A stretch of DNA of 45,183 bases from an uncultured Coriobacteriales bacterium. GTDB lineage: Bacteria > Actinomycetota > Coriobacteriia > Coriobacteriales > Atopobiaceae. The stretch lies in contig CAMOLV010000001.1 of the NCBI GenBank assembly GCA_946619045.1, positions 1 to 45,183 of the forward strand. Reading direction: 5' to 3'. Both the position numbers and the translations under genes were made by a program. Positions 1-9,340 of the stretch are shown piece by piece. Position 1 is the first letter of the stretch. Each line of letters begins with the position of its first letter. A model generated the notes under the pieces. It worked only from the letters and a program-made list of their open reading frames with translations, searched no databases and was not told the origin of the DNA.

Positions 1-935
1 TGCGCCTCATCATGGTCGACCCCAAGCGCGTCGAGTTCACCGGCTATGCGGGCCTCCCGCACCTCTACGTCCCCGTGGTCACCGAGCCCCGCCAGGCGGC
101 GAGCGCCCTTCAGTGGGGCGTCACCGAGATGGAGCGCAGGCTCAAGGTCTTCGAGCACTACAAGGTCCGCGACATCAAGTCGTACAACAAGGTCATCAAG
201 AGCGACAAGTTCGAGGATTCCGCCAACAAGCCCGTCCACATGCCGTATTTCGTCATCGTGATCGACGAGCTCGCCGACCTCATGATGGTCGCCGGAAAGG
301 ACGTCGAGAGCTCGATCGTCCGCATCGCCCAGCTCGGCCGCGCCGCCGGCATCCATCTCATCGTCGCGACGCAGCGCCCCTCCGCAGATGTCGTCACGGG
401 CCTCATCAAGGCCAACATCGACAACCGCGTGGCCCTTTCGGTCGACAACGGCATGAACTCGCGCATCATCCTCGACCAGACGGGCGCAGAGCGCCTGCTG
501 GGCAACGGCGATATGCTCATCAAGCTGCGCGGCCGCAGGCCCAAGCGCGCCCAGGGATGCTTCGTCTCCGACGAGGAGATCGAGAAGACGGTCGAGTTCA
601 TCCGCACCCAGGCCAAGGCCGATTACCATGAGGATATCCTGTCGCTCGTCGCGCCGGGACAGCCCGGAGCTGCAAACGATCCCGAGAACCGCGACGACGA
701 TCCGCTTGTGTGGGAGGCTGCCAAGATTGTCGTGGATTCCCAGTTGGGTTCCACCTCCGGTCTGCAACGGCAGCTCGCTGTAGGGTACGCTAGAGCAGGC
801 CGCATCATGGACATGCTCGAGGCGAAGGGGGTCGTCGGACCGCCCAACGGCTCGAAGCCCCGTGATGTTCTGCTCGACGCCGAGGGCCTGGAGGAACTTC
901 GCCAGGCAGAGGCGCAATATCGGGAGGTAGAGTAG
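1..935 (+). CDS. ftsK: DNA translocase FtsK/SpoIIIE, C-terminal part (5'-truncated by window)
   Basis: DPKRVE, Walker B VIVIDELADLMM, GIHLIVATQRPS, GAERLLGNGDM, gamma domain (LQRQLAVGYARAGRIMDMLE). Confidence 0.97.
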   Translation, partial: RLIMVDPKRVEFTGYAGLPHLYVPVVTEPRQAASALQWGVTEMERRLKVFEHYKVRDIKSYNKVIKSDKFEDSANKPVHMPYFVIVIDELADLMMVAGKDVESSIVRIAQLGRAAGIHLIVATQRPSADVVTGLIKANIDNRVALSVDNGMNSRIILDQTGAERLLGNGDMLIKLRGRRPKRAQGCFVSDEEIEKTVEFIRTQAKADYHEDILSLVAPGQPGAANDPENRDDDPLVWEAAKIVVDSQLGSTSGLQRQLAVGYARAGRIMDMLEAKGVVGPPNGSKPRDVLLDAEGLEELRQAEAQYREVE

Positions 936-936
936 C

Positions 937-2565
937 GTGGCTCGTCTGAGATTTTCCGAGACGCTCAAGAACAGGCGTCATGAGCTCGGACTGACGATCT
1001 CCCAAGCATCGTCGGTCCTCAAACTGAAGGAATCCGTCCTCATCGCCTTCGAGGAGGGGGATTTCGAGAACATGCCCAAGAGCGGCTATGCCCAGGGCAT
1101 GCTCGCGTCGTATGCCCGCTATCTCGGGCTGTCCCCGCGCGAACTCGTCGATATGTACTCCGAGGAGCTCTACGAGTACATCCACGGGTCGTCCTCGCAT
1201 GACCTGCGCCGCAGGACGCGCGACACGCGCTCCGGCCGCATCATCGACGGATACGACGTCCCCAACGAGAGCGAGTCCCGCCCCAAGGCATACGTCCAGC
1301 TCCAGTCGTTCCTTCCAACCGCAGGCGGCCCCATGGGCGACTACGGTGCGTTCGCAACCACCTCCGGCGTGCATTCTCGCTCGACCGGCGCCGTCGTGCC
1401 GACCGTCTCGACCCCCGGGTCGACGCCCTACCAGTCCTCCGCCTATTCGCACTCCGCGTACGCTACCGGCCATTCCTACAACTCGCCCTACGACTACGAT
1501 CGCCAGTCCCGCACGTCGAGGCGCCGCGGGGAGGGGGATAACCGCCGCTCGAGGTCGCGCTCGATGCGCCGCGACGACATCACCACGCGCAGCGTCGCCC
1601 GCGACCAGTACCGCGACGACCGCGCATTCGATGACGAGGCCATTCCCTACGAGTCCGCCTCCTCCGAGGCGGGGCGCCGCTCGTCGCACAACATCGCCCG
1701 TGTGGAGCGTCCCAACATCGACCGCACGCGCGTGAGGACCCGCGATCCCTATGCCGACAGGAACCGCTCCAATTCTTCCGGCGGCATCATCGGATCCATC
1801 TTCGATTGGTTCAGCGATTCGCGCCATGCCCTGTTCGCCGTCATCGCCGTGCTGGGCATCGTCCTGACCGTCATCGCGATCTCCTCGATCAAGAGCTGCG
1901 TCTCCAACACGGGAACCGAATCCACGGCCACGCGCACGGTAGGCGTCACGCCCGCGCAGACGTCCACCGATGCCGCCCAGGTCGATGATACGGGCACCTC
2001 CGCCGGTGCAAGCGAGCAGGTTCCCATCGAGATCGAGAAGCCCGCCGAGCCCAAGGTCGTCATGGTTAAGGTCTCCGTTGCGGACGGCCAGGTCTCGTGG
2101 CTCGAGATCCAGGCCGACGGCGAGAGCTCGATCGCCGATACGGTCACCGGACCGTGGGAGCAGACCTACGACGTCAAGACCCAGCTCATCGTGCGCGCCG
2201 GCGACATCTCCGCCGTCAGCGTCTTCGTCAACGGCGAGCAGCAGCAGTTCGAGATGAAATCCTCGGGCGTCGGCACCATCACCGTCGACGGTCCGAAGGG
2301 CGCGGCTGCCGAAGCGGCGAAGGACGGCGAAACCGCCGAGGATGGCGAGAAGGCCGAGAACGCCGACGATGAGGCGTCGGAGACCTCCGAGACCTCCGGC
2401 GAGACGCCCGAGGCCGGTTCCAAGAATGCCGATGGCGATGAGTACCAGTACACGTACAACGGCTACGACATCTACATCGACCACAACAACGGCAACCTCT
2501 ACTGCATCGATCCCGAGACGGGTGCCAAGCTCAATCCCGCCGACGGCACCCCGTACACGGGCTAG
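937..2565 (+). CDS. RodZ-like membrane protein: N-terminal XRE HTH, one TM helix, extracellular DUF4115-like domain
   Basis: LKNRRHELGLTI...AFEEGDFENMPKSGYAQGMLASYARYLGL; TM segment ALFAVIAVLGIVLTVIAI; SWLEIQADG motif; typical position between ftsK and rimO/pgsA. Confidence 0.8.
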   Translation: MARLRFSETLKNRRHELGLTISQASSVLKLKESVLIAFEEGDFENMPKSGYAQGMLASYARYLGLSPRELVDMYSEELYEYIHGSSSHDLRRRTRDTRSGRIIDGYDVPNESESRPKAYVQLQSFLPTAGGPMGDYGAFATTSGVHSRSTGAVVPTVSTPGSTPYQSSAYSHSAYATGHSYNSPYDYDRQSRTSRRRGEGDNRRSRSRSMRRDDITTRSVARDQYRDDRAFDDEAIPYESASSEAGRRSSHNIARVERPNIDRTRVRTRDPYADRNRSNSSGGIIGSIFDWFSDSRHALFAVIAVLGIVLTVIAISSIKSCVSNTGTESTATRTVGVTPAQTSTDAAQVDDTGTSAGASEQVPIEIEKPAEPKVVMVKVSVADGQVSWLEIQADGESSIADTVTGPWEQTYDVKTQLIVRAGDISAVSVFVNGEQQQFEMKSSGVGTITVDGPKGAAAEAAKDGETAEDGEKAENADDEASETSETSGETPEAGSKNADGDEYQYTYNGYDIYIDHNNGNLYCIDPETGAKLNPADGTPYTG

Positions 2566-2581
2566 TTCGAAAGGAAGCGTC

Positions 2582-3079
2582 ATGGCAAAAGACTCTAGCT
2601 TCGATATCGTCTCCGATGTCGATATGCAGGAGGTCGACAACGCCTATCAGCAGACGGTGCGCGAGCTTGCGCAGCGCTACGACCTCAAAGGATCCGGCGC
2701 GTCGATCGAGTTCTCCCGCAAGGACGGCAGCTTCCTCGTGACCGCCCCGTCCGACTTCGTCGCAAGCCAGGTGGTGGATGTGCTGGGATCCAAGCTCGTC
2801 CGCCGCGGCATCGACCTCTCGGCACTGCGCATGGATGCCCCGCAGCCCGCTGCGGGCATGTCCGTCCGCCAGGCGGGCCGTATGGTGCAGGGCATCGACG
2901 CCGACACCGCGAAGCGCATCTCCAAGGATATCCGCGACACGAAGCTCAAGGTCAAGGCGACCATCGAGGGAGAGAAGCTCCGCGTGAGCTCCGCTTCCAA
3001 GGATGCCCTTCAGTCCGTCATCGCCTTCCTGCGCGATCAGGACTACGGGCAGCCGCTCCAGTTCACCAACTACCGTTAG
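2582..3079 (+). CDS. yajQ: YajQ family nucleotide/c-di-GMP-binding protein
   Basis: SFDIVSDVDMQEVDNA, RYDLKG, C-terminal LQFTNYR; ATG at 2582 after AAGGA RBS. Confidence 0.95.
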   Translation: MAKDSSFDIVSDVDMQEVDNAYQQTVRELAQRYDLKGSGASIEFSRKDGSFLVTAPSDFVASQVVDVLGSKLVRRGIDLSALRMDAPQPAAGMSVRQAGRMVQGIDADTAKRISKDIRDTKLKVKATIEGEKLRVSSASKDALQSVIAFLRDQDYGQPLQFTNYR

Positions 3080-3086
3080 GCCTCAC

Positions 3087-4403
3087 ATGCGCGTTCTCTA
3101 CATCACCCTCGGATGCGCCAAGAACGAGGTCGACACCGACCGCATGCGCGCGCTCCTTTCCGCGGCGGGCTTCGAGGAGGCCTACGAGGTCGCGGAGGCC
3201 GATGTCGCCATCGTCAACACGTGCTCCTTCCTCGCGTCGGCCACATCCGAGTCCATCGAATGCACGCTCACGCTTGCCGAGGAGATCGCCCAGGGCGTGC
3301 GCAGCGTCCCCATCGTCATGTGCGGGTGCGTTCCCTCCCGTTACGAGGGCGAGATCGAATCCGAGCTCCCCGAGGTAGCCGCGTTCGTGCGGCATGACCG
3401 CGAGGATGAGATCGTCGATGTGGTCAGGCAGGTGCTCGGAGAGGACGAGGGGCGGCAATCCGCCCCGGGCGTCCTCCGCACCGTCGAAGGCGCGAGCGCC
3501 TTCCTCAAGATCTCGGAGGGATGCGACAGGTTCTGCTCCTTCTGCGCGATCCCGTATATCCGCGGCAGGTACTATTCGCGTCCGCTCGACGTGCTTCTCG
3601 AAGAGGCCCGCTCCCTGCTCGACGGGGGAGTGCGCGAGCTCGTGCTCATCGGCCAGGATACGGGCATCTGGGGAAGCGATTTCGACGATCCCTCCTCGCT
3701 CGCCGACCTTCTCAAGGCCATGGACGAGGTTGCCGCTCCGTACGGCGCGTGGATCCGCGTCCTCTATCTTCAGCCCGAGGGCATGACGGACGAGCTCGTC
3801 TCCGCCATCCGCGACCTTCCGAGCGTCCTTCCCTATATCGACATCCCCATCCAGCATTGCTCGGCCCGCGTGCTCCGCGCCATGAACCGCAAGGGCTCCG
3901 TCGAAGAGTACCATGCGCTGTTCGAGCGCCTGAGGGGAGAGATTCCGGGAATGGTGCTCCGCTCGACGGCCATGGCGGGCTTCCCGGGCGAGACCGACGA
4001 CGAATTCGAGGAGCTCGTCGGGTTCCTCGAGTCCGAGGGCCTCGATTACTGCTCGGTGTTCTCGTTCTCTCCCGAGGACGGCACGTACGCGGCGAAGCTT
4101 CCCGACCAGATTCCCGACGACGTGAAGCTCGAGCGGACGCAGCGCCTGCTCGATATCGCCGAGCAATCCGGTTTCTCCGCGACCGCCTCGCACGTGGGGG
4201 AGGTCTGCAGGGTTATCATCGATGGTATCGAGCAGAACGATGACGGCTACGACCTGATCGGCCATGCATGGTTCCAGGCTCCCGACTCGGATGGCGTCGT
4301 GCACATCGAGGAGGGGGAGGCGGCCGTGGGGGATATCGTGACCGTCGAGCTCGTCGATTCGTTCTGCTACGAGATGATCGGCCGTATCGTCGAGGAGGTT
4401 TAG
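3087..4403 (+). CDS. rimO: Ribosomal protein uS12 methylthiotransferase RimO
   Basis: TLGCAKNEVD, VNTCSF, radical SAM motif CDRFCSFC, QAPDSDG TRAM region. Confidence 0.93.
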   Translation: MRVLYITLGCAKNEVDTDRMRALLSAAGFEEAYEVAEADVAIVNTCSFLASATSESIECTLTLAEEIAQGVRSVPIVMCGCVPSRYEGEIESELPEVAAFVRHDREDEIVDVVRQVLGEDEGRQSAPGVLRTVEGASAFLKISEGCDRFCSFCAIPYIRGRYYSRPLDVLLEEARSLLDGGVRELVLIGQDTGIWGSDFDDPSSLADLLKAMDEVAAPYGAWIRVLYLQPEGMTDELVSAIRDLPSVLPYIDIPIQHCSARVLRAMNRKGSVEEYHALFERLRGEIPGMVLRSTAMAGFPGETDDEFEELVGFLESEGLDYCSVFSFSPEDGTYAAKLPDQIPDDVKLERTQRLLDIAEQSGFSATASHVGEVCRVIIDGIEQNDDGYDLIGHAWFQAPDSDGVVHIEEGEAAVGDIVTVELVDSFCYEMIGRIVEEV

Positions 4404-4409
4404 GGTCGT

Positions 4410-5012
4410 ATGGCTAAGCCCAAGTCCGTGATCGCCACTCCTGCCAATCTCGTCACCATCGCACGCGTCGTGTGCGTGCCCGTGTGGCTCGCCATCGCCG
4501 AGGCGGTTCCCGTCAGCGACGGCACCTCGTTCTCCTGGGGCGGCCTCCTCGTCTTCCTCCTGTACGTCGCGCTCTCGTTCACCGATAAGATCGACGGGTA
4601 TCTGGCCCGCAGCCGCAACGAGGTCACCACGTTCGGCAAGTTCCTCGATCCCATCGCCGACAAGCTCGAGGTCGTCATGGCGCTCGCGTTCCTCCTCGAG
4701 CGCGGCCTCTGCTCCTCGTGGGTGCTCCTCGTGGTCGTCGCCCGCGAGTTCCTCGTCTCGGGCCTGCGCATGGTCGTCGCCTCCCAGGGCGTCGTCATCG
4801 CCGCCTCCAACCTCGGCAAGGCGAAGACCGCCGTCACGATGACGGCGATCGGCGGCTATCTGCTGTGCGCCGCCCTTCCCGCAGGCGCTTTCGCGAACTT
4901 CCTCCATACCGTGAGCTTCGCGCTCATGATCGCGGCCGTCGTCCTCACGGCTTGGTCGGGCATCGACTACTTCATCAAGTCGTGGCCCGCCCTCAATAGG
5001 ATGGATGCCTGA
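4410..5012 (+). CDS. pgsA: CDP-diacylglycerol--glycerol-3-phosphate 3-phosphatidyltransferase
   Basis: TDKIDGYLARSRNEVTTFGKFLDPIADK motif; GKAKT; position before cinA-recA. Confidence 0.92.
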   Translation: MAKPKSVIATPANLVTIARVVCVPVWLAIAEAVPVSDGTSFSWGGLLVFLLYVALSFTDKIDGYLARSRNEVTTFGKFLDPIADKLEVVMALAFLLERGLCSSWVLLVVVAREFLVSGLRMVVASQGVVIAASNLGKAKTAVTMTAIGGYLLCAALPAGAFANFLHTVSFALMIAAVVLTAWSGIDYFIKSWPALNRMDA

Positions 5013-5015
5013 AAA

Positions 5016-5510
5016 GTGGCGTTCTCCGAGGAGATAGCGGCCAAGGCGTCGCGCGTGCTCGAGCTTGCGCGGGCGAGGGGCTATCGCCTGGCCTGCGCCG
5101 AGTCGTGCACCGGCGGTCTCGTTGCGGCCGCCCTCACCGAGATTCCCGGTTCATCCGACGTGTTCGCCGGCGGTGTCGTGAGCTACATGCTCGACGTCAA
5201 GGAGAGCATCCTCGGCGTATCCGGCGATATCCTCTACACCGACGGCATCGGCGCCGTCTCGCATGAATGCGCCGAGGCCATGGCCGAAGGCGTCTCCAAG
5301 GCCCTCAGAGCCGATGTGACGGTATCTACCACAGGAATCGCGGGTCCAGGCGGGGAAGAGCCCGGAAAGCCCGTGGGGACCGTGTGGTTCGGCTGCGCCT
5401 CTCCCGAGGGCGTCGCGAGCGAGATGGCGCTGTTCCCCGGGTCGAGATCCGAAGTGCGCGAGCAGGCCGTCGAGCATGCCCTCGACATGCTTTGTGGGAT
5501 TCTCGCGTAG
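5016..5510 (+). CDS. cinA: CinA C-terminal-domain protein (NMN deamidase, PncC-like)
   Basis: AESCTGG, PGSS, STTGIAGPGG, KPVGTVW; 164 aa single domain. Confidence 0.9.
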   Translation: MAFSEEIAAKASRVLELARARGYRLACAESCTGGLVAAALTEIPGSSDVFAGGVVSYMLDVKESILGVSGDILYTDGIGAVSHECAEAMAEGVSKALRADVTVSTTGIAGPGGEEPGKPVGTVWFGCASPEGVASEMALFPGSRSEVREQAVEHALDMLCGILA

Positions 5511-5680
5511 GCGCGCATTCCCGTCATCTTGCAGCAATCTTTCAGCTTTCGGCAGATGGACGCGGGTATCGGCTGCTACCGATGCATGCCGGGATCTCGG
5601 TGATTCCGAACCTGTCGGAGTGCTGCCTCCCAAATGACAGCCAGCTGCAAGCACGGTCTCCTATGCTTATCGAACATCTA

Positions 5681-5709
5681 TTGACTGCGAACGGTTGTTC
5701 GTATAGTAT
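5681..5709 (+). promoter_or_regulatory. recA promoter TTGACT-N17-TAGTAT with a perfect LexA box CGAAC-ggtt-GTTCG (5688-5701) in the spacer
   Basis: Matches the Gram-positive GAAC-N4-GTTC box; a second degenerate box GAAC-atct-ATTG at 5672-5683. Confidence 0.88.
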
Positions 5710-5736
5710 CGGGTATGTCGAAAGGTAGGAGACATC

Positions 5737-6843
5737 ATGGCTAAGACAAAGCACACTGTTCAGTCTATCAGGCCCATCACAGATACCGAAGAACGCGATA
5801 AGGCCATCGCCGCCGCCAAGAAGGAGATCGAGGGCAAGTACGGCGCCGGCGCCATCATGCGCTTCGGCGACGATGATGCCCAGCTCGAGATCGAGGCCAT
5901 CCCCACGGGATCTCTCGCGCTCGATGTCGCGCTCGGAATCGGCGGCGTGCCGCGCGGCCGCATCGTCGAGATCTACGGTCCCGAGTCCTCGGGCAAGACC
6001 ACGCTCTCGCTCGAGATCCTCGCCGAGGCGCAGGCGCTCGGCGGCGTCGTCGCCTTCATCGATGCCGAGCATGCGCTCGATCCCGGCTATGCCGCCCGCG
6101 TGGGCGTCGATATCGACGAGGTGCTCATCTCCCAGCCCGATTCCGGCGAGCAGGCGCTCGAGATCTGCGACATGCTCGTCAAGTCCGGGGCCATCGATGT
6201 CGTCGTCATCGACTCCGTTGCAGCGCTCGTGCCCCGCGCCGAGATCGAGGGCGAGATCGGCGAGGCTACCGTCGGAGCCCAGGCGCGCCTCATGAGCCAG
6301 GCCCTCCGCAAGCTCGCCGGCTCCCTTTCCAAGTCCAACACCACGTGCATCTTCATCAACCAGATCCGCGAGAAGATCGGCGTCTTCTATGGGAACCCCG
6401 AGACAACTCCCGGCGGCCGCGCCCTCCGCTTCTTCGCCTCCGTGCGCATGGAGATCCGCCGCGTCGACAGCATCAAGAAGGATGGCGAGGTCATCGGCAA
6501 CCGCGTGCGCGTCAAGGTCGTCAAGAACAAGGTGGCTCCTCCCTTCAAGCAGGCCGAGTTCGACATCATGTACGGCACGGGCATCTCCAAGGAGGGCAAC
6601 GTCCTCGACATGGCCGTCGAGTGCGGCGTCGTCGAGAAGATGGGTGCCTGGTACGCGTGCGGCACCGAGAGGCTCGGACAGGGTAGGGAAGCCGCCAAGG
6701 AGTATCTGCGCACAAATCCCGGGCTGCTCACCGAGATCGAGGAGAAGGTGCGTCAGATCTCCGGTCTCGAGTTCGATGACGACGAGGTCGGTACCCCCGT
6801 CGTCCTCGATGACGGTTCCGCCCAGAGCGATCCCGCCGAGTAG
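5737..6843 (+). CDS. recA: Recombinase RecA
   Basis: [45 protein letters not shown]. Confidence 0.99.
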   Translation: MAKTKHTVQSIRPITDTEERDKAIAAAKKEIEGKYGAGAIMRFGDDDAQLEIEAIPTGSLALDVALGIGGVPRGRIVEIYGPESSGKTTLSLEILAEAQALGGVVAFIDAEHALDPGYAARVGVDIDEVLISQPDSGEQALEICDMLVKSGAIDVVVIDSVAALVPRAEIEGEIGEATVGAQARLMSQALRKLAGSLSKSNTTCIFINQIREKIGVFYGNPETTPGGRALRFFASVRMEIRRVDSIKKDGEVIGNRVRVKVVKNKVAPPFKQAEFDIMYGTGISKEGNVLDMAVECGVVEKMGAWYACGTERLGQGREAAKEYLRTNPGLLTEIEEKVRQISGLEFDDDEVGTPVVLDDGSAQSDPAE

Positions 6844-6854
6844 AATCCCATCCC

Positions 6855-7517
6855 ATGAGCGGAGCTCCCACCATAGAGATCTCGCTCCCCGATAAGAAGA
6901 TCCAGTCCCTTGGACGATTTAAGCCCAAGGGACTGGTCGTAATGAGATCGGGGTCGCGGGAAGATTCCTTCAAGGTACCCGTAGCGGTCGCGCGTCATCT
7001 CCTCAAGCTTCAAGATGAAGATGAACTTGAGGCTTCTACGTTTGCGGACCTGCGGACCCTGATCTCCACCATATCAGCCGATTGCGCATTCAAGCGTCTG
7101 CTCTCGCTTATCGATAAGCGGGATTACTCGTCGCTCGAGGCGGACGAGAAGCTCAAGCTCGACGGATATCCCGAGGATATTCGCGTCGATGCCGTCAGCC
7201 GCGCAAAGGAATGCGGTCTCATCAACGATGTCCGATACGGCGAGTTCTACGTCCGCAGCAAGGTCGGCGCCGGATGGGGGATGCAGCGCATCCAACGCGA
7301 GCTCGAGCGCAAGGGGATCGATATCGAAACCGTCCCCGGCTGGCCCGAGGAGTATTTTTCGGACGAACAGGACTTCGAGCGCGCCCTGGCGATTGCCTCG
7401 CGCAAGCACCTTACCGGCAAGAACGACTTCCAGAAGATCATGAGACTTCTTGCATCTAAGGGGTATTCGTCTTCGATCTCGTATCGTGTTGCCCAGAAGA
7501 TTCTCGATGATGAATAA
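6855..7517 (+). CDS. recX: RecA regulator RecX with N-terminal extension
   Basis: RDYSSLE...KLKLDGY, GLINDVRYGE, RIQRELERKGI, KIMRLLASKGY repeats; directly after recA. Confidence 0.88.
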   Translation: MSGAPTIEISLPDKKIQSLGRFKPKGLVVMRSGSREDSFKVPVAVARHLLKLQDEDELEASTFADLRTLISTISADCAFKRLLSLIDKRDYSSLEADEKLKLDGYPEDIRVDAVSRAKECGLINDVRYGEFYVRSKVGAGWGMQRIQRELERKGIDIETVPGWPEEYFSDEQDFERALAIASRKHLTGKNDFQKIMRLLASKGYSSSISYRVAQKILDDE

Positions 7518-7563
7518 ACCTGCAGGTAAATAGCATTCTATCTGCGCTGTTTCTGTAGAGTAT

Positions 7564-7592
7564 TTGACTTTCCGTCCATAGAATCATACGAT
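7564..7592 (+). promoter_or_regulatory. Predicted sigma-A promoter of rny (TTGACT-N17-TACGAT), implying a leader of about 175 nt
   Basis: Near-consensus -35/-10 with 17-bp spacing in an AT-rich intergenic region. Confidence 0.65.
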
Positions 7593-7774
7593 TGAAAATG
7601 CCATAAAGGCGTATCCCGTCTTTCCTGCCTGGAAGACGTTTTCTTCATATGAGATGTGCGGCACTGGGCTGCAGATAACACATGCAAGATGTCATACCTC
7701 TTATGGCGGGTTCCCGTATACGTATGGGTCTCCTGAACTACATCGATAACACGCACGTCATTTGAGGAGCAAGC

Positions 7775-9334
7775 ATGGTTTGGAAGGTTATTCTCATCGC
7801 GGCGATATGCGCGGCGATAGCGGCTTTTATCACATACCGTTATACGTCGAGCAAGACCAACGCCCGCGTCATGAACGCAGAGGCCAAGATCGACGAGGCC
7901 AACAGGACCGCCGAGCGCATCACCGCCGAGGCCACGCGCAATGCCGAGACCGCTCGCAAGGAGGCGGTGCTCTCCGCGAAGGAGGAGATCATCGCCCTCA
8001 AGGCCGCGTCCGAGGCTGAGGAGAAGAAGCGCAAGCAGGAGCTCCAGACGCTCGAGAACCGCATCATGCAGCGCGAGGAGACCCTCGACCATCGCAACGA
8101 GTCGCTCGACAAGCGCGAGCATCAGCTCTCGAGCCTCCAGGGCCAGCTCGACAAGCGCGAGCGCGATCTGGACGACCTCACCGCCCGCCAGGCTGCCGAG
8201 CTCGAGCGCATCGCCGGCCTCACCAAGGACGATGCCCATGACGAGCTGCTCGCCCGCGTCCGCGCCGAGTCCGTCCGCGAGGAGGCGCAGATCCTGCGCG
8301 AGTCCGAGATGCGCGTCCGCGACCAGGCCGACAAGACCGCCCGCGAGATCATCTCGACCGCCATCCAGCGTTGCGCCGCCGATCAGGCCGGCGAGATCAC
8401 CGTCACCTCCGTCCACATTCCCTCCGACGACCTCAAGGGCCGCATCATCGGCCGCGAGGGACGCAACATCCGCACGTTCGAACAGGTTTCCGGCGTCAAC
8501 CTCGTGATCGACGACACGCCCGAGACCGTCGTCCTCTCGAGCTTCGACCCCGTCCGCCGCGAGACCGCGCGCGTGGCGCTCGAGAACCTCATCGCCGACG
8601 GCCGCATCCATCCCGCTCGCATCGAGGAGCTGTACAAGAAGGCAGAGGACCTTGTGAACGAGCGCGTCCGCGAGGCGGGCGAGCAGGCTGCGTTCGATGC
8701 CGGCATCCACGACCTGCACCCTGAGCTCGTCAAGACGCTCGGCGCCCTCAGGTACCGCACCTCCTTCGGCCAGAACGTCCTCCAGCACTCCATCCAGGTC
8801 TCCATGCTCTGCGGCATCATGGCCTCCGAGCTCGGCCTCGACGAGGCCCCTGCCAAGCGTGCGGGCCTGCTGCACGACCTCGGCAAGGCGATCGACCATG
8901 AGGTCGAGGGCCCGCACGCCGTCATCGGCGCCGACCTCGCGCGCCGCTACGGCGAGAAGCCCAACATCGTCCACGCCATCGAGGCCCACCATGCCGACGT
9001 CGAGCCCGACACCGTCCTCGATGTGCTCGTGATGGCCGCCGATGCCATCTCCGCCGCGCGCCCCGGTGCTCGCCGCGAGTCCGCCGAGACCTACATCAAG
9101 CGACTCGAGAAGCTCGAGGAGATCTCCAACTCCCACGACGGCGTCGAGCGCACCTACGCCATGCAGGCCGGTCGCGAGCTCCACGTCATGGTCGAGCCCG
9201 AGAAGATCTCCGATGCCCAGGCAACGGTCCTCGCGCACGACATCGCGAAGCAGATCGAGGACGAGATGGAGTATCCCGGCCAGGTCCGCGTCGTCGTCAT
9301 CCGCGAATCCCGCGCCGTCGACGTCGCGAAGTAG
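7775..9334 (+). CDS. rny: Ribonuclease Y
   Basis: N-terminal TM, coiled coil, KH motif KGRIIGREGRNIR, HD motif LLHDLGK, C-terminal YPGQVRVVVIRE. Confidence 0.98.
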   Translation: MVWKVILIAAICAAIAAFITYRYTSSKTNARVMNAEAKIDEANRTAERITAEATRNAETARKEAVLSAKEEIIALKAASEAEEKKRKQELQTLENRIMQREETLDHRNESLDKREHQLSSLQGQLDKRERDLDDLTARQAAELERIAGLTKDDAHDELLARVRAESVREEAQILRESEMRVRDQADKTAREIISTAIQRCAADQAGEITVTSVHIPSDDLKGRIIGREGRNIRTFEQVSGVNLVIDDTPETVVLSSFDPVRRETARVALENLIADGRIHPARIEELYKKAEDLVNERVREAGEQAAFDAGIHDLHPELVKTLGALRYRTSFGQNVLQHSIQVSMLCGIMASELGLDEAPAKRAGLLHDLGKAIDHEVEGPHAVIGADLARRYGEKPNIVHAIEAHHADVEPDTVLDVLVMAADAISAARPGARRESAETYIKRLEKLEEISNSHDGVERTYAMQAGRELHVMVEPEKISDAQATVLAHDIAKQIEDEMEYPGQVRVVVIRESRAVDVAK

Positions 9335-9340
9335 CCTTCC

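Noticed and set aside
5528-5651. CTTGCAGC/GCTGCAAG 8-bp inverted repeat and short hairpins between cinA and recA
   Set aside because: Short stems are expected by chance at this GC content; no promoter or terminator defines an RNA.
7598-7774. 6S RNA upstream of rny
   Set aside because: The closing stem spans only about 108 nt and encloses a multibranch fold, not a ~180-nt rod with a central bubble; no terminator before rny. An Rfam scan would settle it.
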